Shown here piece by piece: positions 53,845 through 57,411 of a stretch of DNA of 57,411 nt. The stretch's first letter is position 1. Each line of letters starts with the position of its first letter. The DNA comes from a virus. Its lineage: Duplodnaviria > Heunggongvirae > Uroviricota > Caudoviricetes. The stretch spans positions 92,280-149,690 of IMG/VR virus record IMGVR_UViG_3300042465_005697; one strand, given 5' to 3'. Both the position numbers and the translations under genes were made by a program. The notes beneath the pieces are model-generated. The model was not told the origin of the DNA. It worked only from the letters and a program-made list of their open reading frames with translations, and did no database searches.

Positions 53845-56799
53845 ATGAACCAACTTAAATATATTAAAATGATATCAGCAGAAGAAATTAAGGCCTTTCT
53901 TGAGGGGTCTGATCCTGAACAACACATTGTTTCAGTGGAATTTGATTACGCATCCAATTGTGTATATAAAATCAAAGAAGTTCCCGGTCAAGGGAAAACA
54001 ATACAAAAAGAAAGTTTTATTGCGTTTGCTTGGGTAGGAGATCTACGTGGGTTAAATTTTTATGGTTCATCAAAAGATAACCAAAAAGAGGCGATGACCA
54101 AATATGGTATTGTGATTGAGAAATTACGAACCGATGGTAATGAACGATTAGAGAATGGTTTAACATTTTTGGTTAAGTCATTAAAAGGATATAGAGAACT
54201 TATACAATTCTTTAAGGATGGTGGTTTAGATCCTTGGGGTGAGAAATGTAAGGATAAGATAACGGTTTTATCACCGGTGGAACAATACCTTGTTTCAAAA
54301 GAAAAACGATTATTTAAGGGGTTTGAGGAATACAACGATATTACCAGATTTGGATTTGACCTTGAAACGACCTCTTTGGAACCAAAGGATGGTCGTATCT
54401 TTATGATTGGGATGAAAACCAATAAAGGGTTCAAAAAAGTAATAGAATGTTCAAATGAAGATGAGGAGAGACGAGGTCTTGTGGAATTCTTCAGAACAAT
54501 AGATGAACTTAAACCATCAATTATTGCGGGATATAACTCAGCAAACTTTGACTGGTTTTGGATATTTGAGAGATGTAAGGCTCTGAATTTAGATATTAAG
54601 AAAATTGCAATATCATTAAACCCAAAGAAAACAATATCCCAAAAGGAATCAATGTTAAAACTTGCAAATGAGGTTGAAAGATTTAATCAGGTTCAATTGT
54701 GGGGTTATAATGTAATTGATATTATTCACTCAGTTCGTAGATCACAGGCAATCAATTCAAACATTAAAGAAGCGGGTTTGAAATACATCACAAAGTTTAT
54801 TGATGCCGAAGCCAAAGATCGTATATATATTGACCACACAAAGATTGGTCCTATGTATGCCGACAAAGATGATTATTGGCTAAACATAGAAAATGGTAAT
54901 TACCGTAAATGTGGTGTTGATTCCAAGATTGATGAGGTTTGTTTTAGACGAGGAGACACTTACATAAAAACAACGGGGGATGATATTGTTGAGAGATATC
55001 TTGACGATGACCTTGAGGAGACATTGATTGTTGATGACGAATTTAACCAAGCAACGTTTCTATTGGCATCATTGGTTCCAACAACTTATGAACGAGTTTC
55101 AACCATTGGAACTGCATCTCTTTGGAAGATGGTTATGTTAGCATGGTCATATAAACATGGGTTGGCAATTCCAAAGAAAGAAGAGAAAAGAAACTTTGTT
55201 GGTGGTTTATCACGTTTATTAAAGGTGGGATATTCTAAAGATGTATTAAAACTTGACTACTCTTCACTATATCCATCAATTCAGTTAGTACACGATATAT
55301 TTCCTGAATGTGATATTACAGGGGCAATGAAAGGATTTTTAACATACTTCCGTAATTCTCGTATTATGTTTAAGAATTTGGCGGCAGAATATAAAAACAC
55401 CGATAAAAAGAAATCAACGTCTTATGACCGTAAACAATTACCTATTAAGATTTTCATCAACGCATTCTTTGGATCGTTATCGGCACCTCACGTATTTCCT
55501 TGGGGGGATATTAATATGGGTGAACAAATAACTTGTACGGGAAGACAATACTTAAGACAGATGTTAAAGTTCTTTAGTAAAAGAGGATATAGTCCGCTAG
55601 TTTGTGACACCGATGGGATGAACTTCTCACTACCTGAAGGTGGTGTTGATGGTAGATATTATGTTGGAAAAGGTTTAAATTGGTTAGTTAAGGAGGGGAA
55701 AGAATATTCTGGTTATGATGCAGATGTTGCAGAATTTAACGATTTATTTATGAAAGGTGAGATGGGTCTTGATTGTGATGGTACTTGGGATTCTTGTATT
55801 AACTTGGCTCGTAAGAACTATGCAACGATGGAACATAATGGTAAAATTAAATTAACAGGTAATAGTATTAAGTCCAAAAAGATGCCAAAATATATTGAGA
55901 AGTTTTTGGATAAGGGAGTTAAACAATTACTTAAAGGTGAGGGTAAGGAATTTATTGAGTGGTATTATGAGTATATCCAAAAGATTTTTGATCTAAGAGT
56001 TCCATTGGCAGAAATTGCATCAAAGGCAAGAGTTAAAACAAGTGTTGATGATTACATTAAACGTAGTAAGCAAACAACAAAGTCGGGTAGTTTGATGTCC
56101 CGACAAGCACATATGGAACTTGTGATTAGAGATCAAATACAATCAAATCTTGGGGACACAATTTTTTATGTGAATAACGGAAGTAAAGCGTCTCACGGAG
56201 ATGTTCAGAAAGTTAATAAACCAAAGAAAGGTTGGAGTAAAGAACATTTAGATTTATATTTCCAAACTAATGAAAATCATAAGGAAAAGGTAAAATTCTT
56301 ACTTAAAAATGGGTGGGAACAATCTTGGGGTGACGATAACTGGGTAAGAAGTGATTCACCAAATAAAGAGGCAAACACAGGTATACCAACAGAGGGGGCA
56401 TATCAAGTGGCTTTTTCAGACATTGTTGGTTCGGTAGTTCAATTAAATTGTTATCGTATTGAACCATCTGATTTAGAAAACAACCCTGAGATGTTAGGTG
56501 AATATAATATCCAAAGAGCAATTGCAACTTTTAATAAACGAGTTGAACCATTACTTATTGTTTTTAGTAATGAGGTTAGAGATTCGTTATTAGTAAAAAA
56601 TCCAGAAGATAGAAGTTTTTATACTTCAGGTCAATGCGTATTAACAAATGGTAATCCATTTAAACCTGAAGACCAAGATGACATATATGAAAACTTAATC
56701 AAAATGGAACAAGGTGAAGTTGATTTTTGGGGATCTGTGGGTATTGACTCTAACTACATTTACGAATTGGCAGAAGAGGGTTGGGAAGAATATCTATAA
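53845..56799 (+). CDS. polB: Family B DNA polymerase (alternative start 53869)
   Basis: FDLETT, GYNSANFDW, YLDDD exonuclease motifs; LDYSSLYPSI, KIFINAFFG, VCDTDG polymerase motifs. Confidence 0.95.
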   Translation: MNQLKYIKMISAEEIKAFLEGSDPEQHIVSVEFDYASNCVYKIKEVPGQGKTIQKESFIAFAWVGDLRGLNFYGSSKDNQKEAMTKYGIVIEKLRTDGNERLENGLTFLVKSLKGYRELIQFFKDGGLDPWGEKCKDKITVLSPVEQYLVSKEKRLFKGFEEYNDITRFGFDLETTSLEPKDGRIFMIGMKTNKGFKKVIECSNEDEERRGLVEFFRTIDELKPSIIAGYNSANFDWFWIFERCKALNLDIKKIAISLNPKKTISQKESMLKLANEVERFNQVQLWGYNVIDIIHSVRRSQAINSNIKEAGLKYITKFIDAEAKDRIYIDHTKIGPMYADKDDYWLNIENGNYRKCGVDSKIDEVCFRRGDTYIKTTGDDIVERYLDDDLEETLIVDDEFNQATFLLASLVPTTYERVSTIGTASLWKMVMLAWSYKHGLAIPKKEEKRNFVGGLSRLLKVGYSKDVLKLDYSSLYPSIQLVHDIFPECDITGAMKGFLTYFRNSRIMFKNLAAEYKNTDKKKSTSYDRKQLPIKIFINAFFGSLSAPHVFPWGDINMGEQITCTGRQYLRQMLKFFSKRGYSPLVCDTDGMNFSLPEGGVDGRYYVGKGLNWLVKEGKEYSGYDADVAEFNDLFMKGEMGLDCDGTWDSCINLARKNYATMEHNGKIKLTGNSIKSKKMPKYIEKFLDKGVKQLLKGEGKEFIEWYYEYIQKIFDLRVPLAEIASKARVKTSVDDYIKRSKQTTKSGSLMSRQAHMELVIRDQIQSNLGDTIFYVNNGSKASHGDVQKVNKPKKGWSKEHLDLYFQTNENHKEKVKFLLKNGWEQSWGDDNWVRSDSPNKEANTGIPTEGAYQVAFSDIVGSVVQLNCYRIEPSDLENNPEMLGEYNIQRAIATFNKRVEPLLIVFSNEVRDSLLVKNPEDRSFYTSGQCVLTNGNPFKPEDQDDIYENLIKMEQGEVDFWGSVGIDSNYIYELAEEGWEEYL

Positions 56800-56800
56800 G

Positions 56801-57151
56801 TTAATTTAACTTTAGACCATCAGAACTGATAATGTACCAGTTGCCCTCAACAAAACTTAGATGAACACACGCACCTTTATCTAATTGTAGTTCGTCCCAC
56901 TCTTCATCAATTAAACCAACATCAGGTTTTATTAAAACGGTAGTCAAAGATTTTATGGTTACCGTTTTATTTTTTTCAGAATTTAAAGTTACTTCCGAAC
57001 TTTCAATATCTTTAATAATGACTAAAAGTTCTTCATCAATTTTATAAGTTTCTTCGGTTACTATTTTATCTATAATAACATTGGGTGGAGTATAATGTGT
57101 TTGATACCTAACTACATTTTTTCTTTGTGATATATTTTCTATTTTTATCAT
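56801..57151 (-). CDS. Hypothetical protein (beta-rich)
   Basis: 116-aa ORF, ATGA-coupled to the neck gene. Confidence 0.65.
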   Translation of the reverse strand: MIKIENISQRKNVVRYQTHYTPPNVIIDKIVTEETYKIDEELLVIIKDIESSEVTLNSEKNKTVTIKSLTTVLIKPDVGLIDEEWDELQLDKGACVHLSFVEGNWYIISSDGLKLN

Positions 57152-57411
57152 ATTACATAAATTTGTCTTGGCATTGCTCGGAACTTTAATGATTTATTTA
57201 AATTCTCAGCAATTAACGCTTCTCGTTCCATTACTTTGTCAGGTCTTAACCTTGTTAATTTACCTTCAGCACCGATTAGTTCCTCAATTAATTTTGTTTT
57301 TTCATCTTTTCCTTCAGTTGCTAGTGATGCATAATCCATAGTTAATTCAGAGTCAGGTGTTTTTAAATTACCACTATACTTACCTCTAACTTTAGCAAGT
57401 GTTTCTTTGCA
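57148..57411 (-). CDS. Neck/head-completion protein, T4 gp13-like (5' partial; frame open to the window end)
   Basis: Frame reads CKETLAKVRGKYSGNLKTPDSELTMDYASLATEGKDEKTKLIEEL, matching the gp13 C-terminal pattern (K..WG....KF.G..LP.G.T.....I...A..E..KL.EEL). Confidence 0.7.
   Translation of the reverse strand, partial: CKETLAKVRGKYSGNLKTPDSELTMDYASLATEGKDEKTKLIEELIGAEGKLTRLRPDKVMEREALIAENLNKSLKFRAMPRQIYVI

Noticed and set aside
779-56527. Short shadow ORFs in the track (e.g. 779..1057, 4141..4419, 5084..5326, 17123..17401, 26189..26689, 28039..28416, 32190..32423, 46546..46758, 54060..54434, 56303..56527)
   Set aside because: They lie antisense to, or out of frame within, well-supported genes and have atypical composition.
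53845-56799. Intein or group I intron in the DNA polymerase
   Set aside because: The ORF is continuous, polymerase motifs are normally spaced, and no intein C/S...HN-C/S/T or LAGLIDADG motifs were seen. Only a short insertion near the C-terminus is present.
1-57411. Genome-wide TGA reassignment (code 4 or 25) as the explanation of the in-frame TGA at 25135
   Set aside because: TGA works as a stop in several ATGA gene overlaps (22638-22641, 23243-23246, 39887-39890, 48839-48842, 57148-57151), and long genes are not fragmented under code 11.
1-57411. Eukaryotic giant virus (NCLDV) origin suggested by the many GTs, GT60, sulfotransferase and Cys/PT-rich proteins
   Set aside because: The gp23-type capsid, gp13-like neck, gp5-like spike, sigma factor, Rho-independent terminators and coupled bacterial operons all indicate a tailed bacteriophage.
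1-57411. tRNA or rRNA genes
   Set aside because: Intergenic gaps are short and AT-rich, and no cloverleaf or T-loop (GTTCGA-type) context was recognised by eye. tRNAscan-SE would be needed to exclude them formally.

Overview
This is a 57 kb segment of a large, AT-rich, T4-related (myovirus-like) bacteriophage genome. The host is most likely Bacteroidota: start contexts are A-rich with no Shine-Dalgarno, one promoter resembles TTTG-N20-TAnnTTTR, and there is a T9SS-type secreted protein plus BspA-like and LETM1-like domains. The window runs from the 3' part of a gp23-type major capsid gene through putative internal head proteins, Cys-rich structural proteins, a gp5/gpV-type spike and a gp55-like sigma factor. 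A minus-strand glycosyltransferase/sugar-modification cluster is mixed with phoH, dUTPase and a 3'-5' exonuclease. A long plus-strand block interleaves fibre, lectin and Pro-Thr mucin-like structural genes with GT8, two GT9-like, GT60-like, GT25 and HtrL-like transferases and a PAPS-synthesis/sulfotransferase module. The window ends with a family B DNA polymerase and the 3' end of a gp13-like neck gene. Three free-standing endonuclease genes are present. Most notable observations: (1) a glycosyltransferase gene has an in-frame GGC-TGA-GGT inside a GC-rich RNA hairpin, directly behind a homing-endonuclease gene. This is a candidate minimal ribosomal stop-hop cassette analogous to T4 gene 60/mobA. 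(2) A candidate phage-encoded system for glycosylating and sulfating virion proteins. (3) A strand-oriented TATTTAT(A/T) motif upstream of 15 genes, whose TATTTATA form is the reverse complement of the T4 late promoter. All family assignments come from motif recognition by eye; no database searches were run.
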